A program made the translations under genes and the position numbers. DNA of 64,000 nt from Tubiluchus corallicola (Eukaryota; Animalia; Priapulida). Position 1 is the first letter of the stretch. Each line of letters starts with the position of its first letter. The stretch covers positions 124,001 to 188,000 of the forward strand of contig JAQGDQ010000075.1 in NCBI GenBank assembly GCA_030141605.1, in the 5' to 3' direction. Under the pieces are notes generated by a model. That model was not told where the DNA came from and did not search any database. It saw only the letters and a program-made list of their open reading frames with translations. Of this stretch, positions 38,180-51,200 are shown piece after piece.

Positions 38180-38455
38180 ACTCACCGCGTAATACAAGTG
38201 ATAGCTTGGCAAGTATGTAATGCGTACTGTACTACTAGTACACACGTCGTACACGTACAGTGGTGGTGGTGATGGTCACTTGTTTATCAAACTTCGCCGC
38301 GGTGATCGTTGCGATCGCCCCGCGCTGGAAAAAGCGTGAATCTTGTTGAAACAAAATAAAATTCCTGGAAAAATTTGAAAAAGCAAACGCAGGTGAAAAG
38401 TGTCTTCAGTTGGAGTAATCTGCTAAACCGGCACGGCATCTTGGATAAGGTATTC
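38180..38455. promoter_or_regulatory. CpG-rich probable ELYS promoter and non-coding first exon, possibly bidirectional
   Basis: Local CpG cluster in AT-rich DNA. A + strand donor AAG/GTATTC at 38449/38450 can pair with the acceptor at 39210 upstream of the ELYS ATG. Minus-strand donors GTGAGT occur at 38185 and 38123. Confidence 0.5.
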
Positions 38456-39220
38456 TGTATAAGATGACGTTACTAATATTACTATTAATGTATAGTATAG
38501 CTCAGTTGTATCCATACTATAGTATACAATTTTACTATAGTATAGGCACTAGGTATAACTAAGCTTGCCTATCGGTGGGTTAGGTTCCCCGCCTACGTAT
38601 TCTACATTGGAGAGTATTTTGAAAGGTTTAAAATGAAAACCAATACTCGAACAATATTTTAATACCTGGTATACGCTTACAAATATTAAAATTACTGCGT
38701 AATATACTCTCACAAAAATGCCTTGCTTAAAAATGCAAAAGAAATACAAATCATTTATAATGTCATCTCCTGCCAGTTCACTTCAGTGCCTGGACCTTTT
38801 TGTATCAACGTGAATAGTCAAAACTACCACTCGGCTGAAAAAACACAAACTTGGACAAGGTTTGAATTCCTGTCTCACAACGTTTCTTCATTAATGACAT
38901 TATATCACTAAAAAGCTTTTTTCCACGATCAATATTTGGAATAACATCCAACTCATATGATCTTCATCTGAAATTCCTTACCAAATAACCATTTTCCTAC
39001 CTAAATAACCAATACAGTAAAATGTGTTGTAAATTTTCTGTCCAAATGAACCTCGCTGCATAGCTTTTTGAAAAAATGACGTAAGCTGGTGGACAGCACA
39101 AAGGTACTTAGAAATTCTGCTACTGTAACTGATAAAATCATTGTGTTTAACTGTGTGTGAAAATTAGTCATCTGATCTAATGTGTGTTAAGCGCTTGTTG
39201 CATATTTCAGATTAACCATT

Positions 39221-42200
39221 ATGAAGGATTTATTAGATGCTGATTCTGTGTCCAAACTTATTCCATTTTGCTCTGCTAGTGTCAGTGCCATTGATCGTGA
39301 GTCAGCGGAGGATGCTCACTTATTAGCTGAAATATGTAGAGGTAAGTAGGATGCCATTGATTATGATAATTATAATATTCTATGAGAAAGCACTGATTTT
39401 TAAATATTTTGAAACCTGGAAGCTATGCAGGATAGCAAATCTATGATGCATTTCTGAACATCATAACACCTTGAGATGTCTTCCATTAGATTAAATTAGG
39501 TTTTTGTTTACCGCAGTGTTGCTTTGGATACCCTCACTTTCTTCTGTTTTTGCACTTTTTGCTTGGTTGTTCACTTTTGCACTGCCCTCACTGCACACAC
39601 TACCAATGCACCCAGATTGACATTTTTTAAAAAGTACTACTTAATTTGTGTATTGTCTAAAGGAAAACCCAATGTCGAATCATACTCGAAATGATGTAAC
39701 GTATAAAATATTGAAAAAATTTAATAGAAGTTTAATTTCATGTTTGCATGCTATTACATGCGCACTAAATTGACTTTCACTAATTAGATGGACACAGTGC
39801 CTCTATCTCGGAAACGTCGTTCAAAGGAGCAGGTGCTGTACTTCTCAGTTCAATTTTGGCATTGCACACCCCTGAGTTGAATCACATGTAGGCACAGCAG
39901 TAAGTAAGCACAACATGGTACCGTAAAGCATCAACTGCCATAGTAATTATGCTAATGACAAATCAAAATACAATAAATTGATATTGCTGTATTCCACTGA
40001 CAGTTCACGTCTTTAGCACATTGTGAAAAAGTATTAAATACGTTCATGAAAGCAATATCACCATAAAATTATTGAGAAAAATGGTATTAAGCATTAAATT
40101 TCCACGATAGCATTGAATTACTACACAGTGTGGTGAATAAACCGTTGGGCAACCTTGCTCGATAATAGTCCCGCGTTAAAATGGTAAAAATTGCAAAAAT
40201 TTCCTGCTTAAAGTCAGGAGATTTGCATAAGTGGAACGCGCGCTGTAGAAGAGATAGGCAATCATTGTCGACTGCCTTCTACAGACAAGAACCCCATTCG
40301 TAGGTTTAAAGTGTTATTTATACTAAGCTAGGACTGCTGGCCTTGGTAACAGTAAACTTGGAATTTGAATTTTTAACATAAAAAAATTCTTCAATTTGCC
40401 AAGTTGGTGTAAATCATAGTGAATGCTGTGCAGTAGCATTGTATTTCCAGTTTCGCATTCACAAACATGTGTAACGTGCTTGTGAAATGTTTGTGCTATT
40501 ACAAAATTATATGCTTATGACTTCTATACTAGCTGTGCTCATCTGACGTTAATTGAGTTTCTAAGTTAATATTTAATTATCAGGAATGTTTTCGCATTGA
40601 ATGGGTTAAAATTTATATTTTTCATCCTGTTTTCCATTAGCGTTCGGTCTGTCATGTTGATTCAGTTTACATGTTGTAGCTACGTATAGATGTATAGATG
40701 CATGTGAGTATGAATTTCTAACTCCTCTTACCATTACTCTAGAATGACTTGATACTTATAACTAATTTTGTCTATATGATTTAGCTTGAAACTCAACAGC
40801 TGGATGCCTTTATTAATTACTGCTGCTACATGATTAGTTGTTTATTATTTGACATTATGTTCAAGTTTATATAACTTATATGTTGATAACGGTAAAATGT
40901 CACTGTTTCACTATCCCAGTCTGCACAACTGGCTCACCATAAAACATATTATTAATCTTGTTGACACTTTTGCTTATTTAGTGAAGTGTTTGCTTCGAAC
41001 ACTCAGATTATTTCTTCGAATTTTACACGGTGTTTAATAGCTGCACCCAACTGTTAGTGCAAGAGTTTAAAATTGCAAGTTTTATACACCGTTGCTGCTA
41101 ATACAAATTCTGTGTGTGATAAGACAGCATGTAGGCATTGTAGGTTATACAAAATTTTAAGACAATTTTTTTACCTTTATGTAAGAATAATGTTTTCTTG
41201 TGCTTCAATTTTAATCAGTATTAATTAGCATAAAATATTACTGTTTTGTCATTTTAGACGGAAATCAGTGTTGGCTGGCTCGAGGCGGAAGCCTGGAAAT
41301 TGTGGACTTATCAACAGGTCTTCGTCGTGCGTCGTGGAATTTTGGCTCACTTCTTCATGATAGTGGACTGACAGTAACGTGCGTTGTGCAATATGTCTTT
41401 GAATCTGCTATGTATTTTGTTGTCGGATTGGAAATGAGTGCACATGCTGGAATGCTGTGTGTATTTGAACCACAGCGGTGTAAAATAATTAGAACTATTG
41501 TCGTGCCATTTGCAGTAAGTGTTATGCTCAAAGCAAAAAATTTTGCTTTTTGTTGTTTATTCATGTCTGTATTTCCTCTCAAAGAATCACTGTTTGTATC
41601 TTCAGCAAAAAGGTTTATTCGTAATTAGCTGGTATTATAACAACCATTATTGAAATCTTGTGAAGTAAGCCTTAAAAGCATAAGCAGCCAGTTAATATGT
41701 AATTAGATTTTTGAGAGCCATGGAGAAATAATTTTTGGTGATGATTTTCATTTTATTTTGAATAAAGGAACTTAAGAAAGGATTGTATTTAAAAATATAA
41801 TACATAAACGAAATAAATAAAAGAACAAATTTTGTGAAATATGTAACAATCTTCACCATTTTGCACAGTATCTTAAAAATGCTCTATTAATTTCCTGTTA
41901 TAAACAAGGTATTTTATTGTTCTACAATGTATTTCAAAAGGTAAATGATGGATTTCATTTTTCTACGATGTGTTTCAAAACATTGTCAATGGATATCATT
42001 TTTCTTCAATGTACTTTTAAAAAGTGCTATGTAATTTTATTTTCTACATATTTTAAAAATACTCACTTCAAAAGATATATTTGAACTTTCTGGCACTGTA
42101 TTTAATTTTAATAATATAATGTACCTTGATATGAATGTACTCCTGCTAGATTTACTTGTGTGTGATGCGAGTCAAGTGTATATATTTACAAGACTACAAA

Positions 42201-45200
42201 GAATTTCAAGAGTGGAGGTGTAGCTCTTTCGCGAACAGAGGTCTGGATCTTCCAGAAAAAGCAACAGAATCATCTGGAGTTACCACCATCAAGGGGACTA
42301 AGCATTCACATAATTGGGGCAATGACAGCTTAAAAGTCTTTAAGTGCACAACAAACTTGCTACATGATGCGAAGTCTTGGATTTTAGGAGTACTTGAAAT
42401 ATGAAGAAAATGTTTACCAGTAGCAGTTATTACATCGGGATAGGATAGCCTGGCAAACCAGTTTTATTATTTTTCAAAATTAAATAATTGAAAACTTAGC
42501 AACTAGGCCACAGCTGTAGTTGAAGGAATAGCGACAGCATAATTTGTCATCATTATCAGTGAATGATCATCATAATCATTGTCATCATCATCATCATCGT
42601 AGGATCGCCACGAGTGAAACTTAATTCATTCCAATGCAGTCATCATCTCTACATTATCATCATCATCATGATGATGATGAGTCCTTAGTCCCACCACTGT
42701 ACCATCATACAGAGCATCAGTTGTCGTTGTTTGTTGCACTCTGCATTTTTTACCAAAGGTCACACCCAAGCTGACTTTGCCCTTCGACCTTTTGGACAGA
42801 TGCTGTCGAATTGTTGTGTGCATCGTAGGGGCAACCATGTAAAGTACAACTTTTAGATATCATAGTTAACTTTAGGAAATACATTGCATAATTACAAAAA
42901 TTCATTGTCTATTTTTTTGAAATACATTTTAGAAAAATGAAATCCTTTGACAAAGTTTTGAAATACGTTGTAGAAAAATGAAATCCATTGACAAAGTTTT
43001 GAAATACATTGTATAAAAATGAAATCAATCATTTATCTTTTGAAATGCATTGTAGAAAAACAAATTGTACATTTTTGAAATCCATTGTCAAAATCATGAA
43101 AAACTGTGCAAAATGGTGTAATTGTGCCCTTTTTATCTTGTGAGCCAGTTAACTTATTGATATAGTTAGAAAAATGTTTAAGCTTCATTCTTATAAGCAC
43201 CACACAACGAGTCCTGTAGCACGTACTTGATATTAAATTCTAGTTTTTAGTGGTTTAAATAAAGTTAGCAGTTAGCTCTCAACTAAATGACACCTTATAA
43301 TGTAATGTTGCACACATGTAGTAAACCATTCCAGGTCTTCTTTGCTAATTTAATAATTTTAAATCGTTAATAAGAAATGCACGAATGTTATTTTCTGCAA
43401 CTGTAAACTAATTGGTTTTATCAGCTTTAATAGTTTCGGGCACATGCCTACTTTATCTACTCTGTGTAATTAGTTTGACAAATCACTTAATAATTTAACT
43501 AACTTTGCTTGCATAGCTACTAGGGAAAGCACTAGAGATACTGTTAAAGTTCACAAGTTTGTAGCATGTTTTGCTGTTTTTAATTAGAGTTTTATAGATC
43601 TTGCGCTTGGTTTTAAACACCTGTTTCTTAACAGTTAGGTGCTGGTATTGGAATGGACCTAAAAACTGCTAGGCCATGCCAGAGTCGAATCAAATACTGG
43701 TTTTATAACACCTCTAATGCTAATACTATATAAACCCATGACTTTTAAATTTTAAGACCAAATTCAGTCAGAAGGAACGAAGAAGTGCATTCGGATTTGG
43801 TTAGGTGCTTGTACTGACATGGTTACTAAACCAAATCCAGTTAAATTGTTATTAAAATAGTCAAATATTACTTAAGTCTGGTAGTACTCGTGACCTTGTG
43901 TTGGCTAAACATAGCAAACTTCATTTAACCTATCAAGGTAACCTGCTTCCTTATAAAATAATTCTTAAGAAAATGATAATGTTTATGTTTCAGGTAACAA
44001 GTTTGGAGACAATTCCTGAAACATCAATACCAAATAATGTCCTCAGTGAGCACCTGCAACTGTTCAATGGTATAGTTGCTGCGGGAACCTATCTTGGTCA
44101 CGTTTACCTCGTAGACCTATGCTTGGACGAAAAGCACTTTCTTTCCGACGAAGTGAATCAGAGTCATTTGCACATGATGACAGTACGAACTTTAGATGTG
44201 TCAACTATGCGTAAAGTCGCAATGCATAATGGTCAGCATCTTTGCTTAGAGCTTGGAGGTAAGCGTTTATTTCATAAAGCTGAGTTTCTGGCATCGGCAA
44301 ATCAGTTTTGCTTAAATAGTTTTGTTTTTGCGTTTTATTCTGAAAAGAGTCTAATTATTTGCAGATGATTGCCACCGATCCAACAAATTTTTGTACCGGA
44401 AACCGGATAGTAGTATAATGAAAAGTTTAACAGCAGGTAGGTTTATAACTGTCTCTCTCTACAATAAATAAAATTGCATTTTTGATGGCTTAGTTCAGTT
44501 TATGTGTCAGTTGCTTTATTAGCCATTCATGTGTAGAATTGTCAGCTGTGACCTATAAATGTAATTTAGTTATACTATGATCATTATTTTTGCTTTGAAA
44601 CTTGTAAATATCTAAGCATATAAACCCTAAGCTGAAATATGCGATGAATAAGTTTTAAATGTTATACAACTATTTTCAGATGCTGTATTTGTGAGTCAGG
44701 TCACCTATATAAAGCAAGCTGGAGTTCTTGTTATTGGCTATAATTTTGGATGCTTTCAGTTGTGGCGGCTTGGTGCTCCTTTATTAGAGTAAGTTACTGA
44801 ATTGTCTAATGCTCATATCATAACCTGTGATATTGATGAATGGTTAAACTGAATGATTAACCGGGTAGCAGTCGGCAATTAGCGGAAAGGGCTAATCTCA
44901 TATAAATAAAATGGAGTAATTAGTTAATTTTTGCCCTGAGTAGTTAATTACATTTAAAAGACATCCCAACAATTGCATTTTGCCATATTAAATTTATATA
45001 ACTGCTTATCTCTTAAGGTTTAGTAGCAAATTTGAAAATGACTTGCCACCAGTTACACACTTTGCATACCAGGAACCAGAGAATGATCCTAGGAATTATT
45101 GTTATTTGTGGGTAGCCAACAGCTCTATATATGCCGGAAATAGGTAAGGAGTATTTCTGGTTGTATTATCGAAATTTGCTAGTGATCCTTAAAGTAGAAG

Positions 45201-48200
45201 AATACTTAAAAAATGAATGTAAGTGTCAAATGAGAACACATTGTTTGAATGTTTTATAGAAATATTGATTTGAAACAAGCATAATTTTTGTGAATTCAGT
45301 GAGTAACTTGATTGATGTAAAAAAAGATGTTAAACAGAAGTCATTAACTTTGCATGTGGCCTTCGATAGCGTAATGAGTCTAGCAAATACTCAACAGCTC
45401 CACAAATACAACTGGCAACCAGCTTGACATAACCAAATTTATTTGTTTTACATAGAATTGTGTTTTAGTTACATAAAAAAATTTAATTATAAATCGCCTC
45501 CATTATTTGTGAACTGTATTGTAAGGCAGAGTAATGCAGCCTTGCCTTTTTGCAGTATGGACATCCCATCGTCACTTTGTTTATATCAACTGGCATATTC
45601 ATCTAAATCATGGTTGAAGAAATACAACTTTTATTTATATGATGTAAGTGTTATTAAAGTAATTGCCGTGACGAAGTTTTTTAGCGTCTTTATAACAAGA
45701 ACAGTATCTGTTTCATAAACTACCCACTATATAATAAATTTTATGATATAATGTTGATTTTCCCAATAAAAATTTGCTGTGATTGTTTATAGTATCGTGA
45801 GTTAACCAACCACTCTTATACAGTTGCCACATAATTCATGGTAAATTTCATAAATACAGCCAAGTTTTCAGCAAGAAAAACTCATTAAATGAAAAAGAAA
45901 CTATTTTTGACATTTGTCAAATCCTATTATAAAAATACTCAAAGTGTTAGGTGCTTGTGTCTCTTTTTTTCTAATACGTTTCGTATTATGCTTATTTATC
46001 AGTTTATCCTTTCCCGAAAAAATGTGTAAGTTCTGTTTTTCAGATATTATAAAAATGTGGTTTCGGGTTACATAGGGTGTTTTTCTTATGAATAGTGGAA
46101 ATGCTTTTGTTTTGTACTAATGTAATATTATCGTTTTTCAGTTGACTAATCATTAAGTTTAATTTATTATATCTGCAGGAGTTTCAAGGATGCTTCCCAA
46201 GGTATCACTTTGTTTTGACCTCACCGCCTTTCAGCCAAGTAAACGATGATAGTAGCTATGGCACCCGCCTTATATCCTGCTTCACAGTTGCTGATAAAAC
46301 CTGTGAGTTTGTCCAGAATATTCTGGGCAGTGAAAGTGCGATGGTCGGAGAGGATGACGAAGAGCAAGAGGAGGAGGAAATACGCTTTACTGATTTAAGT
46401 TTGTGTGCATTTGTTTGGGAAGCACCTCCGCAGTCAGCGGATCAGCATTCAGAAGTTATTGTTGGATTGTTTGACATGAATAGGTGGTATCACTCTCAGA
46501 TGCCTACCCAACTGAGGTATCACATTTCAGAATTGGAAGTATATTTGCTTGGGTTTTGACTTTTATTTCTTTCCAGTTTTTACATAGATTACTTTATCTT
46601 TTATCTTTTTGTCATTTTGATTTTCAGGGTTGGGGAGGAAGAATGTCCGTATATTGGATTTTTTAGCTTGGGCAAAGTTCTCAATGTTGCAGCTGTCGAC
46701 ACTCTGCTGGTATTGTTTATCATATTTATGTGTGTGTATTAATTGTAGCTTGGTACAGTTTTCTTGTTGTAGTTAGGAAATCAGATTTTTTTTGTAGTTG
46801 CTATAATCACAAATTTGCGGGATACAACCGTTTGTATAAAAACGTACGGGTTTAGCAGATTTGCTGATTTACGAAGAATGTCAAGAATAATTGCTTGTAC
46901 ACGAAATCTGCATTTACCATGATTTGTTTAATGATGATACAGTTTTGACACCTGTTTTCTCACTTAGAAGTGAATTTTAAAATTTAAGTTTTGATATTTG
47001 TGCAAACCTTTATACTGTACTATTAACAATATTTGCAAAATTTGTCAATAACTTCGTGCAAGTTGTTGTACAAAAAGTGGTAAAGCTAGTAAGACACTTG
47101 ACCAATCGTTTAAATGTTCTGCTTTGGTAGAGCCCATTACTGTGAAATAGTGATGACTGAATCGTGAAAATTATGTTATATCAACTGAATTGCCGGCCTT
47201 CTGCATGGGACTGATAACGGGCGTGTGAATTTAAAATGAGTGAAACTCAACGTAAGGCTGCATTCTGTATGAATACGGTGATTTTTCTAGTAAATACGAC
47301 AGAAATGTACTTATAAGTAAAGTGTTTTTGTCCCACAAGTAGAGACATGTTGATCTCATGTAACTTGTTCAAGTTGTTTGTTTTATTTATTGTCTGCTTT
47401 CTCGTCTTATTTATTTATTTTTTTAATTAAATGCTTCTTTAATTTGTGTCAGTTTATACTATTTTAAGCCTTTGTCAGAGCTACTTAATGTGTTTCCAGC
47501 TAGTTATTTTGTTTATATGTATTTCTATGCTGACTGAATTTGTTAAGAGATAACAAAAGCAGCATTCATACAAGGCTAGCCAGCACTTGCACTGAGATTA
47601 CTGCTCTTAAACTATTGCATATGTACCATGGGTTACTGCTTTAGTCCTCAGGCATCCACTGCGTAAATGAGGAAAGCATTAAGTTAAGGTTTCGCGTTAT
47701 ACTTGAACATGACAAGTTTAATATAAGCTTGGGCATGAGACAAAGCAAACAGATAAAAGTACGTAATATATAGCCACTACATCAAGATTAGTGCACTAAT
47801 TAAATTTGCATACCTTGGCATCATATAATGGGGAAATAATATTCAGACGTCTGATTGTTCAGCAGAATTCTTGGCAAGTCTAATCCACCATGCAATACTA
47901 AAAAGAAACTGACGTACAATGTACGTCATTCACCATCAACTTCCCTTGTAAATAGTCCCAGAAGCTCCAAACTTCGCATATGGCTGACTTGTCTCAAGCA
48001 ACGATAATCCTCCCGTAACAATACTACTATAATATTCTACCAACTACAATTGTTTCTCCAGGCGTAATTGACTATTAGTCTACTAAACATAGGCACTGTC
48101 ACCATCTTGTAGCTGATGTACCATCATACCATGTTCCTCATAACAATGCTACTGCAGCTATTATGTCCTTGCATCTATTATGTCATTTGCCAGTGTAACT

Positions 48201-51200
48201 ACAATATTTGAAGGTCCAAATTGCTGATAGTCATTCTACATTTATCTAGGCTCGATAAAAGGTAAAAGCATTTTGACAGTTTTGATGGTAAACTAATGTC
48301 ACGTAGCCCAGACTCCTTTTATGTTTCAATGTAAGTAATGGGCGAAAATGCCAACCAGGTGAATCATAGAGTGACTGCAAATATAAGGGGGGGGGGAGCT
48401 AGAGCATATTAACTGCTTAGGCGATGCTGTAAATTTGTAGAATGAAAATAAGTAGTGAGAGTGGCCAGCATTGCCGATCGTCTGCACTGTTCTGTCTGTG
48501 TTGCGGGTCATATAGTAATTTAGAAATTATTTGCCTTGTTAATATCATCTATAGAAGTAACCCGTGGAATCCTTTAAGTTTAATGGGTAATCAGAGGTAA
48601 CTTGCAAAACATGGTATAAAGCAACATGCAAATTAACGACTAATCTCCAGCATATCACTTAAAAACAGAAAGTAGTAGATTCACTAGATTGTGAAGCGTG
48701 CCAAACTATTTTACTGTGAGTCTTAATTTTACTACACAAATTAATCATTATAATAGTAGTAATAAATTAGTGACCATGCTATAAGCACAGTCTGTTCCAT
48801 TTCTGAACTAAATTGAGTTTGTTGGACACAATATTATTTTTACTACTGATTCAAAATTTATTCGAATATCTTTAATACTGAATTTGAATTCGATTTGCTT
48901 TTGAAATTTGAAATAGTGGTAGGGTCTGCTCACCCTAGTATTTTCTCACAATAGAGAACATTAAAGTTTGCATGGAAATTCATGTACATACACGTAAAAA
49001 AACTGTTTATATTTAGCTGTTCAGAAAGCTGCAAATAATCAGGATGGTTTTTTGTTTCAGCAAGCTTATATTCCCGCTGAAAGTATTTCTAGATTCACCA
49101 GCCTGACATCCAGAGACCAGCATTTCCACCCCTCGTCTCTAGGTTTTGGTTAGTAGCAACTACTATTTCCATTTTTATGTTGTTTAAATGTAATGTATAC
49201 CGAAAACTTTGCAGTTGTATAACTTACAGACAGTTTATTTTTATGTGATGAACTAAGTCATGCTTATTACATTTCAGATGTGTATTGTTTGGTTGAATCG
49301 GGAATTTTAAAGTCAAACTTTCTTGGCAGACAGAGACAAGTAAGCAGTCAGTGTTTTTGTTTCATGAACAGTGGGTATTATAACAGTAGGTTATGTCATG
49401 CTGATACACTTTACTGACATTTTCTTCAGTAGTGAGTGAGTAATATTTCTATTTGCAAGCTTCCCTTGATGCTTAATGCAATACACAAATAAATACCAAA
49501 GTGTTAAAATTTACAACATCTTTCCAATAAAATCAGAAGCAACCAATGTGCTTTCAATTAAATCACTATACAATGATGTTGAGCACCAACACATTGTAAC
49601 CTCTATTTTATGTTACGTATATTGTTAGTGTGTGCTTATTATACCATTCATCTTTGTATTAGTTAACAATTCCACTTTGGGATATAAAAATTGGATATGA
49701 AAATTAAAATACTATTTCTGCTATTGGTGATAGAAATTTTATATAGGGTTTAGAAAGAAGGACTGTCCATTATTTTCTCTCGCAGGGAAATTAGATTTAT
49801 TAGACCCAGTAGAAGTCAAGTAACTCAAGTTGCTTGTTTGAGAAATAATATTTTGATTTTAATATAGCAGCTTTAAATGACAAAAAAGTTTTATCAGCTT
49901 TCTACTATCAAAAAATTTATAAGAAAATAAATTATTTCATTTTCCATCACACTTCATAAACGACATTTTTATGTGCAGGTGTTGTCTGATATGGTTACTA
50001 CTGGTCCCAGCTGTCTTGTAGAACCTGAAAATTTGTTTGACACGTGTTCATCAATAGGACTGCTCTCTAGAAGCTATGAAGTTCCTATGGGTATTAATGT
50101 AACAGTAAGTGTATGAGCAATTCGTCGTGTACTCGTCATACTATTTACTAATTTCAGATGCTCCTATAGCTGAAGAATTGTTGACTGTATCTTATCAAAG
50201 TCTTACTAAACATAGCTTGTTTTAACTTCAGGTATTTAATTTGTTAAGTCTTAGTAAACATAGCATGTTTTAACTTCAGGTATTTAAAAGGGAGCTGTTA
50301 TTATCCATGGCAGTAGACTATGGTCGCGTAGATTTCATAGCTTCGTGCATTGATCGATGTGGAGAGGGAGGTAAAGTCTATACTTGAGAGCTGGCGGCTA
50401 ATTTTTCTTTTATATTTTAAATTCTTTTAAATTTTATAAATACTGTTGAGATTTAAACTAACTGTTTCCGTGATGCAACATTCACTGTGTACTGTATATG
50501 ATTCATTATCCCAACTGTTTTATCTTGCACAATTTGCAAAATTTTATCTTAAAAATATCACTTGTCACTTGTGATTGTTTTCATTTTGTTTAGTTTATCT
50601 TTGTCTGTGATTTTCCACCACCGCACAAAAATATTTGATTTTTGTTTAACAACAGAAGTTTTTTGTTTACTCCAATTGTTGTTTCCCACTAATTGTTCAA
50701 ACTAAATCATAACATCGTGATTGTGGCGCCTTGTTTGTTTTCGAATTTTACAAGTTGAGATATTGTTGTGCAAATGTCAAGAAAGCATTACATTCACGTT
50801 AACTGTATTTTGTTATAATTATGCAAAAGTGATGGATATTTTTTCTAGATTTTGTTCGTGTTGGATGTACTTTGAGGTTTTTGCTGGACTGGTCATGGAA
50901 GAAAGTTGCGTCAGTTAAAAGGCTACTGGACAATTTGTGTAAGATTCTTTTTGTAGCTAATTACGATAGCTTTTGCCAAAATATTTTATTGTTCCCTGTC
51001 CTTTTTTCAGTTCTTTTTATCACACTTTTACTTTGTGAATGTGTCGGGCTATTAACTATATTAAGGGTAAGACTTTGCCACAGGGTAGTTTTCTTAAGAA
51101 ATAACATTCGTCTATTGATTTTCAGGTGTACCACTTTATGATTGGTCAGGCATTCAACCAGATTCGGCTTGTGCCAAACAGTTACTGCATTGCAGCACTG

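Noticed and set aside
42916-43075. 41-bp repeats as a CRISPR array
   Set aside because: The units are contiguous with no unique spacers, the context is a eukaryotic intron, no cas genes are present, and the array is mirrored as an inverted arm.
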